From NCBI GenBank assembly GCA_034780895.1, contig JAUZTB010000087.1:23882424-23946423 (forward strand): DNA of 64,000 bases, written 5' to 3'. This document shows positions 40,473 to 52,110 of the stretch, piece after piece; positions within the stretch are counted from its first letter, which is position 1, and every line of letters begins with the position of its first letter. The stretch comes from Rhynchobatus australiae (lineage: Eukaryota). The notes under the pieces were generated by a model. That model saw only the letters and a list, made by a program, of their open reading frames with translations, was not told the origin of the DNA and ran no database searches. A program made the position numbers and the translations under genes.

Positions 40473-40986
40473 GTAAGTTAATTTCTAAAGATCAGTGATA
40501 TTCAATAGTTAATAGGAGAAAACAGCTGATTTTATTCAGACCGGATAGTGAAATGTTCTGGAATATACAGCATGACCAACATTTCCCCCGTTTTCTCCAC
40601 TTTCCCCCTCCTTCTGAAGACAATTACACACCAGTGGCTCACCAACTGCTGCAAGTGCATTAATTAATCCTTTTTCATTACACATGACCTGATCTAAAAA
40701 TTGCCCATTTGGTTGGTTCAACAACATATTATTCTAAGATTTCCCCAATCTGTACTATGAAGTCATCATCAAAGCTACCTTTGTGAATTTGATTTGTCCA
40801 ATCTATATGAAGGTCAAAGTCCCCCATGGTCATTGTATTAGCTTTCTGATTTTTCATCTCCTATCTGCAAGGCAGTGAAGCTGCTTATAGTGACCTCACC
40901 GGAGGAAGAATATTCCAAATATTGAAACCAGATTGGCTGTAGCTTCTTCACTGGACCTGTATTCTGTAAGTTCAATGCACAATCTG

Positions 40987-41175
40987 CCAGGCAACATCCG
41001 TGGAGAAAAGCAGGCAGTCAATGTTTCAGGTCAAGTCCCTTCCTCATGACTTAGGAAGGGTCCCAAAATGTTGACTGCCTGCTGTTCTCCATGGATGCTG
41101 CCTGGTCTGCTGAGTTCCTCCAGCATCATAGTGTTTTTCATCTAGATTCCAGCATCTACAGTTCTTTGTGTCTCA
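40987..41175. repeat. Palindromic Penelope-type repeat
   Basis: arms ccaggcaacatccgtggagaaaagcaggcagtcaa / ttgactgcctgctgttctccatggatgctgcctgg; tail matches 17370-17450. Confidence 0.7.
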
Positions 41176-42149
41176 ATGGACAATCTGCTCTACAGATTTA
41201 CAACTGATTCTCTGTGCTATATTGTTCCTGTTGTGTATTGGTAGGGCGTGTACCTGAAGAGCCTCCAAATGCCCTGTGGATATAGAATATCTTCCCAGCA
41301 CTTCCACCAAAGCCCCTACTACAGCATCAAAAACCACAGAACTTGTTTTCACCATGTTATGTGATCCTTCACTGATCACTTCCAGTGGCTGCCATCACTT
41401 GCTCCAATCACTTTGTACCTCCCCTGCAAGAAGTGCAGGTTAGCTTTACGTTTGCAGGCTGGCTTTCATGAGAGGTAGACACCAACAAGAATCATAGAGA
41501 GATGCAGCAAAAAAACGGGCTCTTCAGCACACGGAGTCCATGCCAACCATCAAGCACCCGTTTACACCAAGCCTGTATTAATCCCCATTTTATATTCTTC
41601 CCAGTTTCTCAAGATTTTGCCTTCTACTGATAGATCCAGCAAATCAACTGTGAATTAACAGTGGCCAGCCTCTGATATCATTATAATGCGCATGAAGTAC
41701 AAAATTAGTGTGCTGCCTTCATTGCAATCTCCAAACCAGAGTTAACCACATATCACAATCTCTGTACCTGTTTTTAAGGGCTATCAAATTTAGTCCCTAA
41801 TAATCAATCTCATCACTCCACTGTTGGCTCAATTGAGTTCAATAAGGGCCAGAAGAATATTGTGCTGTTAGAGAAGACAGTGCAATCCATATACCCTATT
41901 TTTGGCAACTATTCATAATATTCTAAGTTTGTAAACATTTGTCAGATAAGGATTAGAGGAGCATATTTAGTTCATGGGAACAAGTCAGCTATATTTATCT
42001 TATGTAATATAACATAAAGCCATACTGTGAGGAAGTGGCATGATAAAAGGAAAACACTATAAAAATCTAAAAAAGGCTGCTGGGAAAATTTCCATTGATG
42101 CGCAATGTGTTATTTTAGCACGTAGGAGGTACTCTACATTCAAAACAGA

Positions 42150-42722
42150 TAAGGACCTATGTTTTGCTATATAAAACTTGAGTCAGACTGCACTTGGAAT
42201 ATAGTGTGCAGTTCTAGTCGCCCCACTATAGGAAGGATGTGGATACTGTGGAAAAGGTGCAGCAGAGGTTTACCAGGGTGCTACCTGGATTAGAGGGTAT
42301 GAGCCATAAAGAAAGGTTGGACAAACTTGGGTTGTTTTCCCTAGAGTGTTGGAGGTTGAAGGGGAGGCCTGACAGAAATTTTTAAAATTATGAGAGGCAT
42401 ACTTAGGGTAGACAGTCAGTATCTTTTCCCCAAGGTAGAAATGTCAAACACCAGAGGAGATGCTTTTAAGGTTAGAGAGGGGACGTTTAAAGGCAACATG
42501 AGGGGCAAGTTTTTTATACAGAGAGTGGTAGGTGCCTAGAATGGGTTACCAAGGGTAGGAGTGGAAGCAGGCAGTTTGGTGGAACTTAAGAGGCTTTTAG
42601 ATAGACACAGGAATATGAAGGGAATGGAGGGATATGGATGATACACAGGAGGAGGACATTTAGTATAAATTGGCATCAAGATTGGCACAGCATCTTGGGC
42701 TGAATGGCCTGTCCAATGCTGT
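42150..42722 (+). mobile_element. CR1 LINE 3' end
   Basis: tataaaacttgagtcagactgcacttggaatatagtgtgcagttc (LY..LVR.HLEY.VQF) through tgggctgaatggcctgt; parallels 25505-26122. Confidence 0.88.
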
Positions 42723-43373
42723 TTTTAGAAGGTCTTTGACTAGTGATATTTGGTAAAGTGGGGATTATTTTTAATGAAGGTGTCAGCAAATTTATGATAG
42801 GTTCTCCACACCCATCCTAATTGAATCAAAGGAAAAATTCAAGGAAGGCTTCAATTTTAATCGTTTTTCACACTTAATGATCCTTTAACATTTTTCACTA
42901 TTTTATTACAGCTTGCACATTGAAATAAGAACAAAATATGTTGGAAATACTTGGAAGGTCAGGCAAAATCTGTAGAGAGAAAAACAGTTAATGCGCAGGT
43001 GAATGATGTTCTTTTTACCCTTTCCCAGTCTGATAACAGGTCATCAGCCTGAAGCATTAAATCTGTTTATTCTCTCCACAGAACCTGAACTGCTGAGTAT
43101 TTACAGCACTTTTTCTTTATTTCAGAGTTCCTTCTTCTGTGGTATTTTGCTTTTGGATCTCTTGCATTGATTTAGTATATGATACTATAGTCCTACTGAA
43201 ATTATTTGTTACAAAACACAAATAAAGTTTTGGAAGAGGCAGCAAGCTGACAGCAACTTGCATCAGTGGCATAAACATTATTAACATGAGTTTCACACAA
43301 ATAAGATATCAGGCATGATTACAACATGAGTTTGATTCTCAGTCCCTGTTCAATTATTTGAAATCAAGTGTGC

Positions 43374-43376
<3 letters not shown>

Positions 43377-43430
<54 letters not shown>
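43377..43430. repeat. (TG)n microsatellite
   Basis: about 27 perfect TG units next to a gap. Confidence 0.98.
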
Positions 43431-43432
<2 letters not shown>

Positions 43433-43589
43433 NNNNNNNNNNNNNNNNNNNNNNNNNNNNNNNNNNNNNNNNNNNNNNNNNNNNNNNNNNNNNNNNNNNN
43501 NNNNNNNNNNNNNNNNNNNNNNNNNNNNNNNNAAAGAGCTGCTTCATTACAATGACGGTCTGTGTGTACACATCTGTGTCCTTCCATTG

Positions 43590-44070
43590 AGGGGCTGTGC
43601 GTACAGACCTATGTTCTTCCAGTGAGGATCAGCTTGTACTGAGCTGTATACTTACAGTAGGGTTAAAGGTGGACAGAACTGTGTCCTGACTGTGAGGGTC
43701 AGTATGTTCACAGCTGTGTCCTCAAGGTGAGTTTCAGTCTGTGCAGAGATATGTCCTTACAGTGAGGGTCAGTGTGTACAGAGCTGTGTCTTACAGTGCG
43801 TGTCAGTGTGTAGAGGGCTGTGTCCTTACACTGAGGGTGAGTGTGTACAGAGCTGTCTTTACAGTGAGGGTGAGTGTGTACAGAGCTGTGTCCTTACAGT
43901 GAGGGTCAGTGTGTTCAGAGCTGTGTCCTTGCAGTGAGGGACAGTGTGTACAGAGCTGTGTCCTTACAGTGAGGGTCATTGTGTTCAGAGCTGTGTCCTT
44001 GCAGTGAGGGACAGTGTGTACAGAGATGTATCCTTCCAGTGTGGACCAATGTGTACAGAGCTGTGTCCTT
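43590..44070 (+). repeat. 35-bp minisatellite, about 13-14 units
   Basis: consensus ACAGTGAGGGTCAGTGTGTACAGAGCTGTGTCCTT; unit starts at 43861, 43896, 43931, 43966, 44001; degenerate toward the left. Confidence 0.95.
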
Positions 44071-44113
44071 TGTTTCAGACCCAGTTACTATTGGTGACTG
44101 TCAGATAGAGCAT

Positions 44114-44115
<2 letters not shown>

Positions 44116-44179
<64 letters not shown>

Positions 44180-44205
44180 CGCGCGCGCGCGCATGTGCAC
44201 GTGTG
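44116..44205. repeat. (TG)n(CG)n alternating purine-pyrimidine tract
   Basis: about 90 bp of unbroken R/Y alternation including (GC)7. Confidence 0.95.
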
Positions 44206-45517
44206 AATCTGGTTTTGTGCCTCTCCTTTACCAGCCCACTGAAGTTGACCATTAAGTTTCACACATGATTATTGACTACTTGAATAAGGGCGGGGAGAAA
44301 GAACACCAGACAATAAAGGAATTAATGTTTTTTAAGCATTGCAAATCTTGAATCAAATATACATCTGTGGGAGTAAAGAAATTCTAATAACTGAAAACAG
44401 AAGCAGAAAAGTTGTAGCAATCATAACAATTCATCTTCTGCAGGAAATCTGACTGAATTTTCTATTCAATCAGACAAAACTATACTCAATGCTGTGTGTT
44501 TTTGACTTCAAGAAAATGATGGATTTGTGAGTTGTCTGCATTCAGTTTGAATTCCCTGGCAATCCTATTTACATTAATGTGTTATGTATTTTATATCAGA
44601 TGGTTTGGCAGCATTGAGATCAAAGACTTTAATTTGTTTTGGTTGAGTACAGAACTGGCAGCCAGCCTGCCTTCTTCCCCCTTATACCCCTCACTCTGAT
44701 GGGAATTTCTTCCTCTTTGTAAATATTTTCAGGCTTCTGATATTTTCTTCTCAATGTTTTAGTTGTGCTGGAGCCTTTGGCATCTAGTGGGGCATGAATG
44801 TGAAAAGATTTCTAGGTCATGTTTCCTGGTCCTTATATCTGAAAGAAATTACAGTGGATCCCACACCAATAGTGCAGTGTGGTGGTGAACTGTTCTGCCT
44901 TCAGAAAAACCACAAAGAGCTCATGTTATGAATTCAAAGGTTACGAAATACCAAGAGGCCTCATGGAAATGGTCCCCATTTGTTCGATCAGCTTTTGTTT
45001 TGAAAGAACATATTTTGCTGCTTTTGCATATTTAAAAAATATTATTCATGTTCTTAAATTTTTTTGGAGTATGTTGTATCATTATTCTGATTCAGCTGAA
45101 AGTGCTCCCCCTCTGAGACTGTGGGCTCCGGGAGGGCCTTATAGCGACAGAATGGAGAATTGGTGAGGTCCAGATCAGGGGATCCTAAAAATTCCTCAGT
45201 GGTCCAAAGAAAGAATCTCACCACAATAAAATGATTTCAAAGGGGGGCCAAGATGCTCAAAATACATGTTATCTGACACAACTTTAACAGACNNNNNNNN
45301 NNNNNNNNNNNNNNNNNNNNNNNNNNNNNNNNNNNNNNNNNNNNNNNNNNNNNNNNNNNNNNNNNNNNNNNNNNNNNNNNNNNNNNNNNNNNTTTAAGTT
45401 TGTGTAGCCTACAATACTGCAGTGAAATACAAAACCTCTGAACAACTGAAATAAAAAAGTAAAAGGAAATCAAGATAAGCATGTCAGTCATAAATTATTG
45501 TAAATTATATATTGCAG

Positions 45518-45566
45518 GGTAAAAAGAAAAGGAGGAAAAGAGACAAGCAGCAAGATTCTGATCCAG
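45518..45566 (+). CDS. TCF7: TCF7 exon, basic tail / nuclear localisation signal
   Basis: attgcag|GGT...CCAG|gtacag; 49 nt, phase 0 to 1; GKKKRRKRDKQQDSDP. Confidence 0.93.
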
Positions 45567-48500
45567 GTACAGAATATTTTCACCTCATAACTACTGCTTA
45601 ATGTCTGCATTTGATTTTGAATGTGAAACCAAGTGCATCTATGGATTGAAATCGCATAGTGCAGTATTAACAAACAATGACATTTTAAAAGTTTTTTTTA
45701 ATTAAACAAGTTACTCATTATACCAATGAGCTTTGTTAAAATGGCAGTCAACAGAATTCCATACCAGTGTTCTAACAATTTACTACAATTATAACTTTGT
45801 TGATGCAAAATTAACTCACTTTAAACCCAGGCAGCAACAGGAAATAGAGTGTTACAGGAGGGGAAAAGTTGCACGACATTATTAACAACAAAGAATTTTG
45901 GATATTTGCATATGTTGTTGAACCTTNNNNNNNNNNNNNNNNNNNNNNNNNNNNNNNNNNNNNNNNNNNNNNNNNNNNNNNNNNNNNNNNNNNNNNNNNN
46001 NNNNNNNNNNNNNNNNNNNNNNNNNNNNNNNNNNNNNNNNNNNNNNNNNNNNNNNNNNNNNNNNNNNNNNNNNNNNNNNNNNNNNNNNNNNNNNNNNNNN
46101 NNNNNNNNNNNNNNNNNNNNNNNNNNNNNNNNNNNNNNNNNNNNNNNNNNNNNNNNNNNNNNNNNNNNNNNNNNNNNNNNNNNNNNNNNNNNNNNNNNNN
46201 NNNNNNNNNNNNNNNNNNNNNNNNNNNNNNNNNNNNNNNNNNNNNNNNNNNNNNNNNNNNNNNNNNNNNNNNNNNNNNNNNNNNNNNNNNNNNNNNNNNN
46301 NNNNNNNNNNNNNNNNNNNNNNNNNNNNNNNNNNNNNNNNNNNNNNNNNNNNNNNNNNNNNNNNNNNNNNNNNNNNNNNNNNNNATCCCTATAGTCTTTG
46401 CAAAACAACTATTCTTCAAACCTTTCTTGTTATTTGAAGAGGCAGAAATGCCAGAGGAGCTGTGCACCGTTTTCACCATAATAATATATTTCATCATGAT
46501 TTTCACAATAGGATAGGGCATCTTTGAACAAATGGTAAAGGAGCTTGACAAATTCTTTTTGTGAATGGTGCTTATTGATCACACTTTGACAATGAACTAT
46601 TCAGTACCTTGTACGTATTATGTTTTATACCCCTAGGTGAAGAAATTTGACTGTATATCCCTGTCCTGTTAGACTATCTTGTATAATGTAGCTTTAGATG
46701 ATTTCAGTTGTGTTGTTAAAAGCAGTTTTGTTTGATGGTGGATCCAGGGTCGATGGGTGATGTCAGGGGATCTTCCGACAGGAGCTTCTTCTGAAATGTT
46801 TGTTTCCAGAATAGTAAATGTATTTTAATGTCTGTTTAAACTAATTTTTCAGATCATATTGCTAATTTGAAAAAGAGACTCTGCCACTAAAAAAAATAAT
46901 AAAACTCAAAATATACTGTGTGGTGCTAGCCCATTTGCATAGAGTTAGCTCAGAAACAGTCATGCACACGGAAGCATACACACAATGACAGGGTAAACAG
47001 TGCACTTTACCAGAGACAGACAAACAAGCAAACACACAGAGATGGGCAGAAACACAAATGCAATTTGACAATCAGAGAAACATACATGGATTCATAGAAA
47101 CAGATGTGCAGATACATGAACAGGAAGTATATAGATGCGCAAACCAGAAGGATATAAAAACAGAAAATGCTAGAAATACTCAATAGATTAGGGAGCATTT
47201 GGAGAGAGGGAAAAAGAGAGAAGAGAGAGAGATGGATGATCTTTTATCAAAAAATTAATGCACACATTGGCAAGCACTCAAGAAGATAAAGGTAGAAATA
47301 CAGGCAAATGCACATAGTCAGAGAGCAAAGTAAATCCTAATTTTAAGCTGAGTTCCAATAAACCCTAGTTTTAATAAAGAAAACATAATCCATGAAAGAT
47401 TTTTTTTAAAGCAAATATCACTCTCACATTTTAATCTACCTTTTAATCTAATATCACATAACTCTCCATAACCATTAATCAAACTTTGATGGCTAGGAAT
47501 TGATGAATACAGAAAATGGCACTTCAGAAAGTGAAGCAGTTGTGTTTGGCTTCTTTGGTATTTGTGGTTTGGCTCCCATTGCTATTTTATTTTTAGTCTT
47601 ACAGACATTTCCATTTACATGATTAGGCTGCATGTGCAAATTTTCCACTCAGAATGAGCTTGCATGTGCAAACTATCCTTTCATTCCAAGATGTTTTAAG
47701 ATGTTGAATATTCTAATAAGTGTTAGTATGACCTGAAATACGTTATTGATTAGCGACAAACTTGGACTTTGCTTCTGGTAATTCTTGCAGGTGATCAGAT
47801 TTTTATAAAAATTTCACTGTCCTCTAGAATTGCAGCAGGTTTAGCCAGTAGTTCACAGCAAGGAATTCTGCATCTGTCAATTTAAACAGTGGTGGGAGGT
47901 TGGCAAGGCATTGAGATTGGAATGGATTTCTTTAACTTTTTGAAAGAGATCCCATTTTTCCCATCAGAACCACATTTTGTAAGAAATAGCTCTCAATTTT
48001 CCTCTTATTATGCCTATCCTCAAAATCAATGACTCACAAACATTATAATGCCAAAGCAATAGATAGGATACCTCACTGGGGCAATTCTCTCTGTTAATCC
48101 AAATGGTGACGTCACATTTTCAAATCCAGGTGAGGTGTGGGTATTGGGGTACAATTGACTTCACTGTCCCTGATGTCCACAGTAGAGTCACTAAATATAG
48201 ATGCTGAACCTGAATTAATATTTTCCTTTTCTGAACATTAAATCAAATTGTAATACTGCTGTTATTGCCCTAACTGGAATCATCTAATTCAACAGACTAG
48301 CAATCAAACCTGAAATATTTCTGTTTTGAGAGATTGGTGGAGATGGGTAGAAGAGGTTGAAAACTTGCAGAATTAATCTCACATTTCTTGTGACATGCTT
48401 CAGCTTTTAATGAGTTCCCTTAATTGTAACTTTGCTTTATCTGAGTCCTGCTGCCTTTTGTTTGCAAACATGTCAAAATTTTTTGCTTTTGCTCTTTTTT

Positions 48501-48785
48501 TAAATCTCATTCTGTAAAACTTTTGTATTTATTTAATTCAGCACCTTTACATGCAATAAAAGGTACACACGCTCTGCTTCTTGGTAAAATGTTTTGCTTA
48601 CTAAAACAGCCTTCAAATTGACTCTTTGTAGTGTCAAATAACTTTGTCTGTGAAATTATTGTAACAGTTGCTATAACACCTATTGCTTTTCTTTACTCTC
48701 CTCTTTTTTTTCTTTCATGCCTTCCCTGCCCATCCTTGCCACATATTCTGCTTTTTTTTGTTTCTTTTGTTTTTTTTTTGTTCAG

Positions 48786-48858
48786 ATCCAAGCTCTCCTA
48801 AGAAATGCCGGGCACGCTTTGGCCTTGACCAACGGACAGACTGGTGTGGCCCTTGCAG
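48786..48858 (+). CDS. TCF7: TCF7 alternative C-clamp (CRARF) exon
   Basis: long polypyrimidine tract then ttcag|AT...TGCAG|gtgtgt; 73 nt, phase 1 to 2; (D)PSSPKKCRARFGLDQRTDWCGPC(R). Confidence 0.95.
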
Positions 48859-49440
48859 GTGTGTATTTTGTAGCCTAATGGTCTGCATTAGCCAATCTTG
48901 TCACCAGGTGCCTCTATGTTCAGACTTGTAGGACTTGCAGATATCAAACTGTGCAAATGTTGCAAAGAGGCAGCAATGGTCTTTCTCCTGCTGGCTTGAA
49001 TTGGCCTGGGTTTGAGATGATATTAAGCTCACACATCTGTTACACTGTTACACCACTTCAAGCCAAATTAGCTTCAAAAGAGCTGAGAACCACAATATCA
49101 CAGAACTGCCACCATCTTGATTTAGTGGTCTTAAAACTGATTTGTTATCTCGATGGAGTTCTCGCACATTGGGATGATTGGAAGCTACTTTAGGACAGAG
49201 TCTCTTGTTCGAAAGCTATGCAGTGAGATTTTTCATAGTTTTGAAGTGCAATCTATAAAAGCCTACAACATGAAAAGCAAAAGGCAATCTCTTTAAACCC
49301 ACATTTTCTTTTCTGGTTGAATATTCTGTGTGGAGCCTGCTGTTGCTTTTCCGGCTCAGCAGAATTGCATACTAACTCCATTTTTTCATATAACAAAACA
49401 TGTTCCTCCATTGTTGTTTTTGTTTACTTCACACTAACAG

Positions 49441-49513
49441 ATGCAAACACCACAATGATGTGTCGCCCATTGTTCGAGCTTGATCTGCAATAGATGCGGT
49501 GCCTCTCCTGCAG
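49441..49513 (+). other. TCF7: Second, degenerate C-clamp-type exon (CRALF-like) of TCF7; stop codon in either entry phase
   Basis: cactaacag|ATGCAAAC...TGCAG|gtaccc; 73 nt like the CRARF exon; phase-1 entry gives (D)ANTTMMCRPLFELDLQ*MRCLSC(R); phase-2 entry after the CRARF exon gives (R)CKHHNDVSPIVRA*; TACTAAC at 49370-49376. Confidence 0.8.
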
Positions 49514-50589
49514 GTACCCACAATTACTCTATCTTTAACCTGCTTGTGTTTTTTTTATTACAATTTTTTGACCAAACTTTTCTTACCTGTTCAACAGAGG
49601 CTTCCACAAAGGAGGTCATCTTTATGGAGAAAGGATCTGGCACACCTGTTTTTGCTTAGGTGGAAGTAATAACAAACGTTAGTAGCACTACCTCACATTT
49701 CCATCACGGTGACATTGCACTCAAGTAATATCATGATGTTGATAACAATTTTGTCACCACATCTTTTGCAAACAGGCATGGAAAAAAAGGTTTGCCAAAG
49801 ACTTCTGCATGAAGGTGATTCCCTTTAATGTAACTGTAGACAGTCTCAGCTTGGAGCCAGAAGTGGTGTGAAGATGGAAGAGAAAATGGGTCTTTGTAAA
49901 TAAAATAACAATTCTTGAACAAGAAATTATGAAGTCAACATGTCAGGACTGTGTTTAGCACACATAAAACAGCTCCACACGAAATATAACTTCATCTTCG
50001 CAAGAAATCTTTGCAGCTACAGTGAAATAGAAAGATAATTGTGTCTTTTGTGGGACAGATGATATATGTAACTCAGGATGAAATACCACACATTACACTC
50101 ACCTTTTTATCATCTCAGGTATCGATCATATCATTTTCTTATTTAGTTCAAAAGTGTGTAAGTGAGATCTTTTTAAATAGTTGTTGAATATTTGTGACAT
50201 GAAGGTGTATTTGTACCAAAAATGTTTTTGTGGGTATTGTCCCACTTAGTGCAGTTGCATAGGTTGTTGTGGGTGATATGATCAGGTTTTTTATTAAATA
50301 TTTGTGAGTGGGGACTAGTGCTGACTTTCCACATGATCACCACATGATTTTACCTGAAACCTGATCACCAGATCTGCAGAGACCTATTGCCAGTGACATA
50401 ATCACTTAATGATACCAAGGAACAGAAATAAGACAGCCAGCCCTGAAGCCAATTCTACCATTTAATTAGATCGTAAAGGATTTGTATTTGAACTCTATTT
50501 ATTTGTGAATTTTAGTCTTGTCCCAGCAACCACAGGCATTTGGGAGAGATCTTTCTCCTCCCTCTGTAAGTAAAATTGCTTCCTGATTT

Positions 50590-52110
50590 CGTAAGAACAT
50601 AGGAATTAGGTGCCCAAGTGGTCCATCTGGTCACATGAATCTTCTACCTCAGAGTCATTTTCCTGCTCTATCATCTTTTTCTTCCATTCCCTTAACATTC
50701 TAGAATCTATCACCTTCTGTTTTGAATGAACTCAAAGGCTGAGTCTCCTCGGCCCTCCAGATTCACCCTCTCTGAGTGAAGAGATTCCTCCTCAAATTGG
50801 CCCTAGATGGCCTCCCCCCTTTTCTGAGACTGTGATCTAGATTCCAAACTCCTCAGCTAGAGGAAACAACTTAATGCGGGGTTTCTTCCAGCAGGTATTT
50901 TGTTGCACTCTCTTGATGATAGTTATATCCCACCTTAGGAAAGGCGACCAAAAATGAACACAGTACTCCAGATACAGTCTCACTAGGGCCTTATATAATT
51001 GAAGTCAGACACCTTCACTCCTCTACTCAAATCCTAAAATGAGTACTATGATTCTGCTCCTTTGTTCTTGATTCCTCCGCCAACAGTTTCTCTTTCTACT
51101 GCTGAACTGAATCTTTTCAACATTTCAAGCACTTTAATTAGATCACCCACTTAACACAAAGTAATTAAAAAAAGCTGAAGTTATGCAACCTGCCCTCATA
51201 TCTTAACTCTTTATCATTCTGGTTTATCTGTGCTATATCCAGTCCAGAGCTTATCATAGAATCACAGAAAATTTATGACCTGGAAGAAAGCTAATCAGCC
51301 CCTTCAGTCTGTTGTGGTTGATAAAGAACCACCCCACCTAATCCCACCTTCCAACATCGGCTCCATAGCCTGTTGTTCAGGATCACAGACAGGTACTGTT
51401 TCAATGTGATGAGGGATTTTGCCCCTACTACTCTATAAGGCAGTGAGTTCCAGACCCCAACAATACTCTGGGTAAAAGCTTATTTCTTCAACTCCCCTCT
51501 GTTCCTTCTACCAATTACCTTAAATCTAAGTCTACTCGTTTTGACCACCTTCCTAATAACTCCATATAGGTGGCTCATAAATTTTTACACCTCAATTTTG
51601 CCTCACCTCAGCCTTCTCTGTTACAAAGAAAATAAGCCCAGCATATCCAATCTTCCCTCATGCCAAAATTTTACAATCTTGGCAACGTCCCCATAAATCT
51701 CTTCTGTGCCCTCCCCAGTCCAATCACATCTTCCTATAATATGATGAACAGAACTATACGTTTACTCAAAGTGTGATCTAACTTGGGTTCTGAACAGTTT
51801 TAACCTCTCTGCTCTAATATTCTGTCCCATGACCTTTATGAATTTGTGGACATACACTCCCAGGTCCCTCTGTTCTCCAAATACTCAATAACTCTCTCAG
51901 AATCCTCCCGCTTATTATGTATTCTCTTGCCTTGTTCACACTAAATACATTTCCTCTCACTTATCTAGATTGATTTCCATTTGCCATAAGGTAACCTTGT
52001 ACACCTTCCTAAAGTGTTACATCCAAAACTGAATCTACTGTTCCAGATCAAATTTGGTCAATGTCATGTTGAACTGAAGTTTTACTTCCTTACTTTTGTA
52101 TTGCAGCCCT
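50590..52110 (-). mobile_element. Cluster of old CR1 LINE 3' fragments
   Basis: reverse-complement CR1 motifs (accctctctgagtgaaga, acacagtactccaga, gagttccagacc...ctctgggtaaaa); at least two nested or adjacent copies; boundaries approximate. Confidence 0.65.

Noticed and set aside
43590-44070. Regular 35-bp periodicity that superficially resembles a CRISPR array
   Set aside because: Units are head-to-tail with no unique spacers, there are no cas genes, and the context is a vertebrate intron; it is a minisatellite.
44617-44625. AGATCAAAG TCF/LEF binding consensus (also near 40084) as autoregulatory sites
   Set aside because: Isolated short matches are expected by chance in 64 kb of AT-rich DNA, and I saw no clustering or helper sites.
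45567-45601. Intron read-through giving an 11-aa tail GTEYFHLITTA*, like the LEF1 N-tail in length and first two residues
   Set aside because: The GT start is forced by the donor sequence, and the LEF1 N-tail comes from a separate exon; the similarity is probably chance.
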